A stretch of DNA of 46,317 nt from Fonticula alba ATCC 38817 (taxonomy: Eukaryota > Protista > Nucleariida). The stretch is from NCBI GenBank assembly GCA_000388065.2, contig KB932202.1. One strand, written 5' to 3'. The notes below the pieces were generated by a model that was not told the origin of the DNA, ran no database searches, and worked only from the letters and a program-made list of their open reading frames with translations. Shown one piece after another: positions 1 to 11,718 of the stretch. A program made the translations under genes and the position numbers. The number at the start of each line of letters is the position of its first letter. Position 1 is the first letter of the stretch.

Positions 1-1
1 C

Positions 2-1206
2 GAGTTGAAGGTTTCCGTCATCAGCATGCATGTCTGGCCACTGCTTAAGGCGCCAACCTGCTTTAACCTTCCCCATGAGGTACGCCCATCATACTGCCAT
101 CTCCCTCCTCGCCTCTTGTCCTTCACTCTTGCTCACAAGTTCCTCCCTCCGCCTGCCCCTTGCCCTCTTTCGCCTGGTCCCTCCTGTGCGGGGGCGCGGG
201 GGCACCCATACAGCTGGCTGTTCTTGTTGAAGCCTTCGAGAAGGTCAACCTCCAAGATGACAACCGACGCTCCCTGCACTGGCAGCTGAATGTCAGCCAT
301 GGGACACTGGCCTTCCATCCGCCCGATGTGGAGGGAGGATACCAGCTGAAGATGGCCACCTCGCAGATGGTGGTACTGCTGCTGTTCAATGCTCATCTGA
401 CGTACACCCGCGCCGAGTTGGCCCGAGCTTCCGGCCTGCCGGCCAACACCCTGGACCAGGTGCGTGCAACAATCCCTCCCGTCGCGCTCGCGTCTTGCCT
501 CGGGCCCCTTTCTCCTCGTCCTCCGCCTTCAGAGGTCCTTTCGCGGTCCATCTTTCTCACCACCGATGTTCCTCTTACCACTCGTGTTGCCACTGTGGTT
601 CCAGATTCTCAACCACTTTGTTCAAGGGAGGCTCCTTCTGGAGGAGGGTGGCGACTCGATCGCCGAGGGTGGCTCTCAGCAAGCCCTCTTCCGACTGAAC
701 CTCAACTTCCGGATGTACGCATGCCCCATGGCTACGGCCACCCCACCTGCCTGTGCCCCCCTTAGCGCACACGCACACGCACACGCACACACACGCACAC
801 GCACACGCACACCATGGGCCGGGACTGCCTCTCACACTGACACCGCCCGGCCATCAGGAAACGTCCAGAGGCTTCGCTTCTGCTGGTTCTCAAGGGCGAT
901 GGACACCCAACAACCGCTGTTGGTGGCAGCACCTCGGATCAGGGTCTGGCTCTGGGTGGCGCGACTCCGGGCACCCAGTCCCCCGCGGCACAGGCTCCCC
1001 ACCCCATCATCCAGGCGGCCATCGTCCGGGTGGTGAAGCCCCTGCGCGATCCCATCTCGGTCGCCGACCTCGCGACTCGCGTTCGCGAACAACTGGAACC
1101 ACGCTTCGTCGCCCCCTCGGCCAGCACCTTCAAGTCGCTGGTGCAGCAGCTGGTGGAGAAGGACTTCATCACCGACACCGGCGGGATGATCGAATATCTG
1201 GCGTGA
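2..1206 (+). CDS. Cullin-family protein, C-terminal part (cullin homology + Nedd8 winged helix); 5' end lies outside the window. Exons 2-79, 214-459, 605-714, 858-1206
   Basis: Spliced frame reads ELKVSVISMHVWP..FNLPHE|LAVLVEAF..RRSLHWQL..YQLKMATSQMVVLLLFN..|..IIQAAIVRVVK..LEPRFVAP..LVEKDFI..IEYLA*. This matches the cullin pattern (W...L...QM.VLLLFN; I.AAIVRIMK; terminal YLA). GT-AG introns keep the frame. Confidence 0.85.
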
Positions 1207-1298
1207 TGTTATGTAGATCACGTGCAATGAACTCACTACGTGGGCACCTTCTCTTTTTTGTTCCCCGCCTGGGTCGCTGGTCCGGCTGGGGGCCCCCC

Positions 1299-1860
1299 NN
1301 NNNNNNNNNNNNNNNNNNNNNNNNNNNNNNNNNNNNNNNNNNNNNNNNNNNNNNNNNNNNNNNNNNNNNNNNNNNNNNNNNNNNNNNNNNNNNNNNNNNN
1401 NNNNNNNNNNNNNNNNNNNNNNNNNNNNNNNNNNNNNNNNNNNNNNNNNNNNNNNNNNNNNNNNNNNNNNNNNNNNNNNNNNNNNNNNNNNNNNNNNNNN
1501 NNNNNNNNNNNNNNNNNNNNNNNNNNNNNNNNNNNNNNNNNNNNNNNNNNNNNNNNNNNNNNNNNNNNNNNNNNNNNNNNNNNNNNNNNNNNNNNNNNNN
1601 NNNNNNNNNNNNNNNNNNNNNNNNNNNNNNNNNNNNNNNNNNNNNNNNNNNNNNNNNNNNNNNNNNNNNNNNNNNNNNNNNNNNNNNNNNNNNNNNNNNN
1701 NNNNNNNNNNNNNNNNNNNNNNNNNNNNNNNNNNNNNNNNNNNNNNNNNNNNNNNNNNNNNNNNNNNNNNNNNNNNNNNNNNNNNNNNNNNNNNNNNNNN
1801 NNNNNNNNNNNNNNNNNNNNNNNNNNNNNNNNNNNNNNNNNNNNNNNNNNNNNNNNNNNN
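1299..1860. other. Assembly gap (N run) flanked by C tracts; probably hides the RPF1 5' end
   Basis: N run. Other gaps: 3412-4074, 13643-13652, 17239-17270, 19704-20188, 30783-30882, 33290-33299. Confidence 0.98.
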
Positions 1861-1922
1861 CCCCCCCCCCCCCCCCCCCCGGGACCGGCTGCCTTGGGCC
1901 CATCCTTCCTCCCCCCATGCAG

Positions 1923-3122
1923 GCCCCGGCCAAGAAGATCCCCAAGACCCAGGACTCCGAGCGTGAGCACGACCCGACCACTGTCACCGAGACGCAGGAT
2001 GAGGTTTGTCCCTGGTCGATGACCAGCCTTTGCCATGTGCTCTTCGTGCATGTTCCCCCAGCCTCCCCCCCCCCCTCCCCCCCGCCAACATGACTGTCAC
2101 ATTGACGAATGCCCATCTGTCCTTTTGTCCCTCCCCAGGTCGAGCAGGATAAGCTTACCGACGAGTTTGCGGATTACTACAACAGCCAGCGCAAGCCCAA
2201 GATCCTGATCACCACCTCCAAGAAGCCTGTCGGGGTATGTCCCCGCCACCAGCCAATTGTGGCCCTCCCACCGTCTTGCCCCCCTCCCCTTTTCCATCCC
2301 TCCACATGGCACTGCTTGCTGACCCCGCGTCCACCCATCGCCGTGTGTGCGTCCGTGCGTGCCCCTCCCCCAGAACACTTTCAAGTTCATCGACGAGCTG
2401 CAGTCCGTCCTGCCGGATGCGCACTTCTACGCTCGCAAGGGGTACAAGATGCAGGAGATCATCAAGTTTGCCAACATGCGGAACTTCACCGACCTCATGG
2501 TCATCCACGAGGAGAACAAGGAGCCGGACACCATCACCATGATGCACCTGCCGTACGGGCCGACCGCGCACTTCCGCATCTCCAACATCAAGCTCTCGTC
2601 CGAGATCACCGGCCACGGGACGCCCACCTCCCACAGCCCGGAGATCATCCTATCCAACTTCACCACCCGCCTGGGGCACTCAATCAGCCGCATGGTGGGC
2701 TGCCTGTTCCCTCATGAGCCTGGCTATCGCGGCCGTCAGGTGGTCACCCTGCGCAACCAGCGCGACTACATTTTCTTCCGTCGGCACCGGTACGGCGCAT
2801 GCTCGGCCCCGGGCGTGGGACGCGTGGGGCTTCCTTCCGCCCGCCTCCCCAGAGGGGGAGCATCATCATGCTTACACCTGCCGAGGTGTTGCCACTTTGC
2901 TGACTTCCGATCCCCTCCTCCCTCGGACCCATGGCCGTTGCCTCTCGCCACAGCTACATCTTCGAGGATGAGGGAACCAAGGCCCGCCTGCAGGAGCTTG
3001 GCCCGCGCTTCACCCTGCGTCTACAGTGGCTCCAGAAGGGCACGCTCGACTCGCGCTTTGGGGATTTCGAATGGCATCATCGCTCGGAGATGGACACCAG
3101 CCGCCGGAGGTTCTTCCTCTGA
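1923..3122 (+). CDS. RPF1: Ribosome production factor 1 (Brix domain); first exon(s) probably in the upstream N-gap. Exons 1923-2003, 2139-2234, 2374-2789, 2954-3122
   Basis: [20 protein letters not shown]; [14 protein letters not shown]; [19 protein letters not shown]; [19 protein letters not shown]|[37 protein letters not shown]. All introns GT-AG and in phase. Confidence 0.93.
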
Positions 3123-4455
3123 GGAGGCGAGCTGCCCCACACCTCTCGGCTTCCCCGTTGCTCCCCCCCCCCTCTCTCTCTGTCTTTCTCTCTCTCTCTC
3201 CTCTTGCCTCTCTCCTCCCCTCTCTGTGCTATTTGATGGGAGGCCAAGGCACAGGGCGAACCGCCGACGCGTTTGGGGGCTCGCCCAAATCCGCCCCCTG
3301 GTGCGGTGCATCACCAGGGAAAGAGGAGTCTCCCCTCTGTGTCTGTGCGCACGCGCCACCCCCACGCGCGCACACGTACGAACACACACAGACACACACA
3401 CACACACACACNNNNNNNNNNNNNNNNNNNNNNNNNNNNNNNNNNNNNNNNNNNNNNNNNNNNNNNNNNNNNNNNNNNNNNNNNNNNNNNNNNNNNNNNN
3501 NNNNNNNNNNNNNNNNNNNNNNNNNNNNNNNNNNNNNNNNNNNNNNNNNNNNNNNNNNNNNNNNNNNNNNNNNNNNNNNNNNNNNNNNNNNNNNNNNNNN
3601 NNNNNNNNNNNNNNNNNNNNNNNNNNNNNNNNNNNNNNNNNNNNNNNNNNNNNNNNNNNNNNNNNNNNNNNNNNNNNNNNNNNNNNNNNNNNNNNNNNNN
3701 NNNNNNNNNNNNNNNNNNNNNNNNNNNNNNNNNNNNNNNNNNNNNNNNNNNNNNNNNNNNNNNNNNNNNNNNNNNNNNNNNNNNNNNNNNNNNNNNNNNN
3801 NNNNNNNNNNNNNNNNNNNNNNNNNNNNNNNNNNNNNNNNNNNNNNNNNNNNNNNNNNNNNNNNNNNNNNNNNNNNNNNNNNNNNNNNNNNNNNNNNNNN
3901 NNNNNNNNNNNNNNNNNNNNNNNNNNNNNNNNNNNNNNNNNNNNNNNNNNNNNNNNNNNNNNNNNNNNNNNNNNNNNNNNNNNNNNNNNNNNNNNNNNNN
4001 NNNNNNNNNNNNNNNNNNNNNNNNNNNNNNNNNNNNNNNNNNNNNNNNNNNNNNNNNNNNNNNNNNNNNNNNNNGGGCCCCGGCGCCCGGGCCCCCCCCT
4101 CCCCGCCCCTTACTGACTCGAGGCCTCATCCGCCCAGCTTTTCCTCGATGTCCGCCGGTCAGCGAAGACGGCCTTCCGGCAGCCGGGAACACCATTCACG
4201 CGGCCCCGGGCCACCGGCCCCGACCGACCGGCTGGGGACGCATCCCCCGAGCATCCTCTGCTCGGGACGACTCGGTCCCCCGCACGGTCGCCATTGAGTG
4301 CCCGGCCATCGGGCACCTCGCCTGGACGCTCGGTGGCGGAACTCGGCCTCCTTCGCGCTGCGCGCTTTTCCTATCACTTCCTGGTGCCTGACATCTGGGC
4401 CGCGGCTCCTCGGCCGCCGGCCCTGCCGCCGGCTCAGCTTTGCCTGGCCGGGGTG

Positions 4456-5583
4456 ATGGTTCTGCGGCAACTTGCTGGCGTGTCTCCGCGCATTCGCCGG
4501 CTGGCCGGGCTTGTTGGCGGTCCGGGCGGCCCGCCGGGCCTGGGTGACATATTGACCGACGCCCCAGCCGGAGCGCCGGCCACCCCGCCAGCCCCCTGGC
4601 GCACGTCCGGACCTGACCGGTCCTTCTTCCTGCTGGAGGTGGCCGGCGGCGATGGGGCCGGCAAGACCGAGCTTTGTTTGGAGTTTGTGGCCTCGGCCGT
4701 GGCCACTTCAGCGCGGCCCCTCTCGCCGCGTGTGCGGGTCTTCTACTTCGACCTTGACCGGTCACTCAGCCAACGGCGCTTGGCGCATGTTTTGCGCTCT
4801 CGAGCCGCCGGGTCCGCACCCACCGGCCCGCCGGCCGATGTGACCCTCTTCCGGTGCGCTGGCTATCGGCAGACCCTGTGCACGGTGGCTCGGCTGGTCC
4901 GGCGCCTGGTGGCCGACGCCTGTCGGCCGGCCTCCCTGACCACCGGGCCCGATCACCACCTGCTCATCTTCGACTCCATCACCGGACCCCTCTTCTGGGA
5001 GCGGGCCATGGACCCTCGCCTGCCGGCCGGCCTGGCTCCGGTGGCCACCACCGCCGCTGCTCACCCGGCGGCTGTCCCTGCCGCGGCTGTCCCCTCGGCC
5101 GGTGATGCCGCCGCCTCGCTGTCGGAGACCGAGGACCTTCCGCCGACGCCGGCTGGCCAGCCACCCGCCTGGGCATCTCGATTTCCTCCGACCCTGGCTC
5201 GGATGCTGGCCGATCTGTCGGTCGCCGTGCAGGGGCGCCTCCTGGTGCTGGCCACCAAATCCCCGCCAGCCAGCCCCCAGGCCTTCCCGGACCCGATGCC
5301 TGGCCTGGCCGGCCGGTGTCTTGTGTGCCAGGCACCGGCGGCCACCCGGTCGGCCTCGGGCCCGGCCGAGATATACGGCGGCCCGGTGTGTCGAGCATGC
5401 GTGACCTTTGCCCCGCATCAGGAGCATCTGCCCCATGCCTGGGCTCGACAGGTGACCATCCGCTTGCTGGCGGCCGTTGGGCCTCCTCCGGCTGGCGCCC
5501 CGACGGGGCACACCTCGCCCTTCCTGTATCTGCACACGGAACAGGGCGGCCCTGAGGAGGCTGTCGCCTGGCGGATACCCTGA
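4456..5583 (+). CDS. XRCC2: RAD51 paralogue, XRCC2-like RecA-fold ATPase; start codon uncertain (first in-frame ATG 4456, frame open from about 4294)
   Basis: Walker A LLEVAGGDGAGKTEL; VFYFDLDRSLSQRRL; Walker B-like LLIFDSITGPLFW; LVLATK; HLPHAWARQV. Motif order matches XRCC2 as recalled (LEFHGPEGTGKTE, LFIDTD, LLILDSLSAFYW, LVLFATT, YLCKAWQQLV). Confidence 0.75.
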   Translation: MVLRQLAGVSPRIRRLAGLVGGPGGPPGLGDILTDAPAGAPATPPAPWRTSGPDRSFFLLEVAGGDGAGKTELCLEFVASAVATSARPLSPRVRVFYFDLDRSLSQRRLAHVLRSRAAGSAPTGPPADVTLFRCAGYRQTLCTVARLVRRLVADACRPASLTTGPDHHLLIFDSITGPLFWERAMDPRLPAGLAPVATTAAAHPAAVPAAAVPSAGDAAASLSETEDLPPTPAGQPPAWASRFPPTLARMLADLSVAVQGRLLVLATKSPPASPQAFPDPMPGLAGRCLVCQAPAATRSASGPAEIYGGPVCRACVTFAPHQEHLPHAWARQVTIRLLAAVGPPPAGAPTGHTSPFLYLHTEQGGPEEAVAWRIP

Positions 5584-5890
5584 AAGCCGGGGCCACGCCC
5601 ACATGCCTTGGGCATGCCGCCAAAAGAAAGAAACCCCAACACACAGCGCACCGAAGCAAGGAGGGGAGGGGCATTTTCTACGTCTATTGCGGCTGGAACA
5701 CCAAGAGAATGGGGCAGCAGGAGCGAGAGGGAGGGGAAGGGGGGAGAGAGAGAGAGAGAGAGGAGGAAGAGGAGGAGGAGGAGGGGGAAAGAAACAAGTA
5801 CAAGGACAGGACAATTGCCGCGGGAAGAAGAACGAGCGAGAGGGAAAGAGGGGCGAAGACCGAGGGGGGGGGGGGGTGATCGACCACCAA

Positions 5891-8800
5891 CTACTCCGGG
5901 GCCAGGGCCCGCACCGCAATCGACTTCTCCAAATCCGGCGTCGGGAAGCCGGCCAATTGGCCGAGGCCAAGGAGAATCGCCCGGGCCAGGGTCTCGCTAT
6001 CGAGCCCGGGGAAGGCCACATCCAGGTGGAAGGCCCGGGTCGGGGGCGCGCGCAGGGCAGCGAGCGTGTCCAGGATGGTCTGATGTACGGCCGGCAGGGC
6101 GGCCACCACGCCGCGACGCAAGGGACCGCGGAAAATCAGAGCATCCCCGGCCAGGTCAGTCACCCGGCCGCCGAGCTCAGTCAACAACAGGGCCCCGGCC
6201 GCATGGTCCCACGACGGGAGGCTGCCATCGGCGTTGCTGGTGCCGGCGGCGTTGCCGCCCGAGGCCCCGGCCGCCTGGCCGCCAGCCGTGGCTGACGCCG
6301 TCAAATAGCTTGGGTCACGGAAGAGGCAGCACATCTCCAGCAGAGCCACCGACAGGTAGGACCGCCGGGCGCGCGTCCACCGGCCGAGGAGTCGATGCAC
6401 CGCCCGCACAACCTCCGGCGAGCCGAGCCCCCCACTCGGCGAGAGGGCCTCCAACTCCGGGAACCGAGGGATCGTTGTGGCGCCCGGGCCGTCGGCCACA
6501 AAGCCCGGCATCGGGGCCAGCTCGTCGGGGGTCGCACAGCGCCACACAAATGCCCCAGCCCCGGCCAGGGCACTGAAGATGGCTCCGCCACGGAGGTCCA
6601 CCACCAGGGCCACCTTGGGCTGGCCGGTCTGCCGACAGACAAGACTCAGCTCGATGCGCGGCTGCGCGGCCATGCCGATGCCCTCCTCATCGATGGAGTC
6701 CTGCTCGTCGGCATGGCGCTGCTGCTGCTGTGCATGGAGTTGCCGGAAGGCCGCCGCGCCGCCAGCCCGCGCGGCCACGCTGCCAGTGCCGCCGTCACCG
6801 GCCGTAGACAGGTCCCCGGCCGTCGGTAGGAACGGCACACTGGAGAGGGCATTGAGGATCCAAAAGTGGTCCGCGTCGCCGGTCTCCATGTTGCCAAAAC
6901 CGATCCAGTCGTGGACCTCGTCGTCGCTGTGTGCGTGCGCGTGTTTGCATGGTCGACGGGGGGGGACGGAGGAGCGGGAGAGCGAAGAGAAGGGCGAAGG
7001 GGACAGAGGGGGAGCCCAGGGTTAGGGGGATGGGGCGGAGGAAAGCACGGCGGACGGAGCCGAGATGGCGCACCTGGCGGTTTCGAAGTACTCCTGGAGA
7101 AGCTTCAGCTCGGAAATGATGAAACGATTCAACTGCTGGTTGTCGGGCCGACTGCGAGAAGGAGCACATGGGGGGGGGGGGGGACAGATCGAAGGGCGCC
7201 AACAGGAAAAGGAGGACACCGAGCAAGAGAGTGAGTGGCGAGGGGGGACCAGGGAAGGGGAGGGCGGGCGGGCAGACAAATGGGCGGAAAACGCACCGAA
7301 GGAAGAGGGCATCCTCCCGACTGACCACAAGCTCTCCCTTGCCGAATTGCAGAAGGCCATGCTGGATGAAGCCCTGGAAGACAAAGGCCGCCGCACGGGG
7401 CTGAACCCAGGCCGCCCGTGGGGCAAGCGCACTTGATGCATGGTACCGCAGGGCCAGGGTCTGGAGAATGCGATGCGCCCGATCGTGATAACGCTTCAGC
7501 GGGTGAGCCATGTCCAGGCCCACATCATGCGGCTCGGGGACCTGGGCAGCTCGCTCGGCCGCCGTGTAGGAAGTCGGCGGGGCAGGAGGCCCGCCCGAAG
7601 CAGGGGGCACATCGGCCACGGCCGGCGACTCCGGTGCGTCCGGCGACCCGGGCGCATCCGGCGACTGGGGAGTGGCCTCGGCCGGGCCGGGCGTGGACAG
7701 ATCCCCCAGATCCAGATCCAGGAAGTCCAGCGCCATGGCCAGGGCCGAGGTGGCATCCAGGGTGGCCTGGCTGGGGAGGCGCGTGGGGGTCGGGCTGCCA
7801 GGAGCAGCCAGACTGGCAGGGGTGGCGCCGGCGCCGGCATCCCCGGCGACAGCTGGCGTGGCAACCTCGCCCGACAGTGGATCCGGCCCGGGAGGAGGGC
7901 CCCCACGGCGCGATGAAGGAAAGACCACGCCCATTGGGGAGGCGGCTTCGGAGAAGAGTACCCGCCGGGGGAGCGCCGCGGAAGAGGCACCCGAGGGCCC
8001 AGCCGCGTCGGGGCCGCCGGTCGACCCGGCTCCCGGAGACAGGGACTCGGCTGGGCAAGTGACGGATCCGGCACGCTGGCGCCGCGAGGACAGTCGGCTG
8101 CCGGACGGCACGAAGGTGGGGATTGTGTTGCGGATGCGCACCGGCGTCGAGGGAACCCCCCGGTCAGTCAGCGAATCCTGCGAGCCGAGGCCGGAAGTGC
8201 CGGAAGTGCCGGAAGTGCCGGAAGTGCCGGTCTTGGCCGCGGCCTTCACCTGCACCAGGGCGTGGAACTGGGCAAAAAGATCGTCATCCCCATTGCCATC
8301 ATCTCCAAGGCCCAAGTCCAGAAGAGGGTCCACCGGAGGGGGGGACGAGGCGTCGGAGCTGCTGCCGGGCTTGGGACTGGCGACCGCCGGGCTGAAGGCC
8401 GCCTCATCGGCCGGCGAGCATTCAGCCAGGGCGGCCAAGTCGTCACGCAGGGAGATCGTCCGGCTGGCAAGCGGCGCCCCGGAGGACAGGATGCCGCCCA
8501 GCAGCAGCGGCGGCGCGGGGGTCGAGCGCTTCTTGGTGCCGGCCGGGCCGCAGGGGCCGAACTTGCGTCCGGCAGTGGCCCCAAGAGCCGCGGGCACCGG
8601 CACCGGCACCGGCACCGCGCTGCAGCCAGGCGACCCGCCTGTCACCGGGGGACCGGTAGAAAAGAGCGGCTGAGTGGCCAGGCGTGACATGGTCCGTTTG
8701 AAGGCCTTTGAGTGACGCATTAGCTTGGCGGTGGCGGTGCTCCGAGCAGTTGGTCCACTTCGGCTGGCAGCCAGCTCAGTGGCCATGTGCGAGGGTGGGG

Positions 8801-9961
8801 CATCGGCCGAAGGAACGGCCTGCATCCGGAGCCGGGGCTTTGCATTGGGAAGGGGAACCGGGGACCAGTCAGTCGGGGGGCGAAGGGGGTCAAAGACGCG
8901 TGGGCGAGGGAGGGGGTACACCAGACGCACCGCTGACACCGCTGCTGTCGCCGCCGAATGACCAGTGTGCGACAGCATGAAAAGCTCCGACGCCGGGAGA
9001 GCCGGGTCGATGCCAAAATCATCGAGGACAATTTGAATGGCCCAAGACATGTAGTTTCGCCAGAAATCCAGCTCCGAGACACTGATCCCCAGGGAGCGAG
9101 ACAAGGGTGAGACACACATCCCGGCGCATTAAAAGAGGTGAAGGGGGGAGGGGGGAGGGACAAAAGAAGATCGAGAAATGGCAAGGGGCCGGTGGCCGTC
9201 GACAGGGGCGCACCGTGAGGGAACAAAGTGGTTTCGCCACTCGGCAGCCGCCGGGTCAATGTAGAGCAGCTCCTGGGCACAGGCCACATGGAGCCCGGTG
9301 ATGCCGGGGGGCATGGCCGGGGGTGCGTCGGCCGCCGGAGGCGATGCGACGCCCGCGTGGCCGGTGGACCGGGGGGTCGCCCGGGGCTTGTGCACAGCAC
9401 CACGCCGCGGGGTGGTGGGTTCAGTGGCCGGGACCGGGGCCGCGGCCGCAGCCGCGGCAGCGGGCCCCGGCACCGGGTCCTCGCCAAAGGTGAAGACATA
9501 CGTGTCGGTGGGCGGCTCAAGGAAGGTTGTCTCGGCTCGAGACGACTGGCAAGCAGGGCCGCCAAAGGGAGGAAAAAGGGGGGAAGCCAGACGGTGAGGA
9601 GCAGCTCCACGCGAAGAAGACCAAATGCCAGACAGGGGGGGGGGGAGATTGTGGGCGCACGTGGGAGAGATCTCGCAGCGAGAGGATGATGTCGCCACGG
9701 TAGATGGCAATCGTGCGCAGGTAGTCGAGAAATATGGAGAGCATGTCGTCTTTTGGGCCGGGCGGAGACGAGAGCCAGTCAGCCAGGCGGCCCATGCGAG
9801 GGCGGCAGAGAAATAGAGAGGAACCAGCAGGGGATCCGCGGCAGCGGGAGGGAGAAGGGGAGAAAAAAAAAGGGCGAGCCAGGCGTACCCTCATCGAGGA
9901 AGACTGGGGCGGCCGGGCTCGAGGTGCCGCGAGCCCACAAGAGGTTGAGAGCCGTCGACAT
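5891..9961 (-). CDS. BSD-domain (SYAP1-like) protein with long low-complexity linker and C-terminal HAL2/SAL1-like inositol-monophosphatase-fold pseudoenzyme domain, about 1,130 aa. Exons 9961-9889, 9749-9661, 9545-9214, 9081-7297, 7151-7074, 6926-5891
   Basis: ccaccATG at 9961; five GT-AG introns with consistent phases give 3,393 nt. BSD-like AQELLYIDP..RNHFVPSR|VSELDFWRNYM. HAL2-like LVVSREDALFLR|RPDNQQ..S|DDEVHDWIGFG..FWILNALSS..AIFSALAGAGAF..SWDHAAGALLLTELGGRVTDLAGDAL..GVVAA..VHQTIL. Confidence 0.75.
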
Positions 9962-11341
9962 GGTGGTGACACTACTCTCGGCGGGCAAGGGGCGGCTGTT
10001 CTCTCCCCGGGGCGCTCGGCGTCTCGCTAGATCGTCCGCTCTCCGGAAGCGCACCTACGCGCAAGATGTCCCAGGCCGGTGGCGGGCGGCCAAATGCAGG
10101 GCACGGAGGGGAAGGGGGGAGGGGGAGATGGGGGGAGGCACAGAAGGGCAAATGGGCCGCGACGGGGATGAAGCCGACGAACGGAGCAAGTGGGGAGGGA
10201 GGGGGCGCGGGAGAGGGGGACGGGAAGGGGGAGAAGGCCCCCCTCTCTGGGGAGGTTGCCCGGGGAGGTGGCGCAAAAAAGGCCCCCGACCCGAGCGGAG
10301 AGGGGGCCTGCGACCTCAGGAATGGCGCGCCCGACAAGGTTAGAGACCGAGCCCGGACGACACCCACACAACACCGGGAGGACGGAGTCCGTGGCCCGCC
10401 GGGCGGGGGCCCGGCCGGCAAACACAGGCAACGGACGGAGCGCCGGAGACAGGCCGGCGGCCGCGCGCGAGCGCGCGCGCGCGCGCATGCGCGTTCGTGG
10501 TGAACCACAGCCGGCCATTTTTGGAAATGGAGCAGGAGTGGCTGTTCGAAACTGTACCGGCAAATGCCCATTCTTCGCGGAACAGTGTCGGCCCCGTGAT
10601 CGCACCATGTCCCGGGGCCTGCGTCTTCGTGCAGCTTGCCATTTTGGTGAAATGGAAATAAAAATATTGGCCGCGTCAATATTGGCCAAGCGCGCATGTG
10701 ACACCGCAACGACGTTTACTCCCCTCCAACAGGCCGAGGCAATATGTTCCGGTCGTTCAAAATCGCGGAGGATGGTCAGCCAGGCTCTGTGCCCGGTGTG
10801 CAGGGCGATACCAGGGAATGCTTCTCCGAGCACCTCGGGCCCTGGTGGGCACAAGCCAGCAGCCATGCGCGCGGTGCGCAGGAGGACGGGAGCGGGGCGG
10901 GGGCGGGGGGGGAGGAGGGGCGCTTTTCGCCGGGCGCACGGGGCCGGGCCTCCTCCGCGGGCAATCCCCTCGGCGGGCGAATCCCGGCCTGCAAAAGGGG
11001 CAAACGGCGGTCCTGGCGGAATGGTGAGAAACGAGTCATTCGCACCTGATTCATGCTCCCCCCCCCCCGTCTCCCCTCTCTTTCTCTCTCTCTCTCTCTC
11101 TTTCTCTTTCTCTTCGGGGCATGGTTGTGTCTCTTGTCCCGCTGCCGCCTCGCACCAGCGTCGGGGAGCCAGGGCGTGGGGACTAAAGTGGAATAATAAA
11201 CACACCGGAGACACGGTCAGGTGTCATGGAGGCCGGCCCGGGATTGGCCGGGGTGTCTCGCATGGGGGGGGGGGGGGGGGGGGACACGCCTCGTGCTGCA
11301 TGTGGCATTCTCGCCCCCTGTGCCACGGGTCCGCGCCCCCC

Positions 11342-11387
<46 letters not shown>

Positions 11388-11718
11388 GAGGCCGGCTAAG
11401 TGGCCTGATGGGGCGGAAGGGGGGGGGGCGTCAACGTGCACCGGTCCCCGGCGCCGGGCTGTGCTTACGTGTGTGGACCCGGCGTTGCGTCGCTTGGGCC
11501 CGCAGATTGCTCGGTCCATGGGGGGTTCTTCGCACCGGCAGCCGCGTGAGAGATCACCGCCCCCCCCCCCCTGTTTGACACGGGTGCCAGCTTGTTCTCT
11601 CCTCCTCCTCCGGCAGTCAAAAGGACCCAGCCTGCCGGCCCGAACCCCGGAGGCGCCGGGCAGAACACCTCGTTTTCCAGCTGGTCTACGAGTTTTCCCC
11701 CTCCCCCCCCCCCGCACC

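Noticed and set aside
1240-4391. Long ORFs spanning N-gaps
   Set aside because: Artefacts of translating N runs as X.
7401-7432. Possible 32-nt intron (GTGCGC...CAG) in the BSD-HAL2 gene
   Set aside because: Removing it would break the frame that aligns to HAL2/SAL1; read-through is open.
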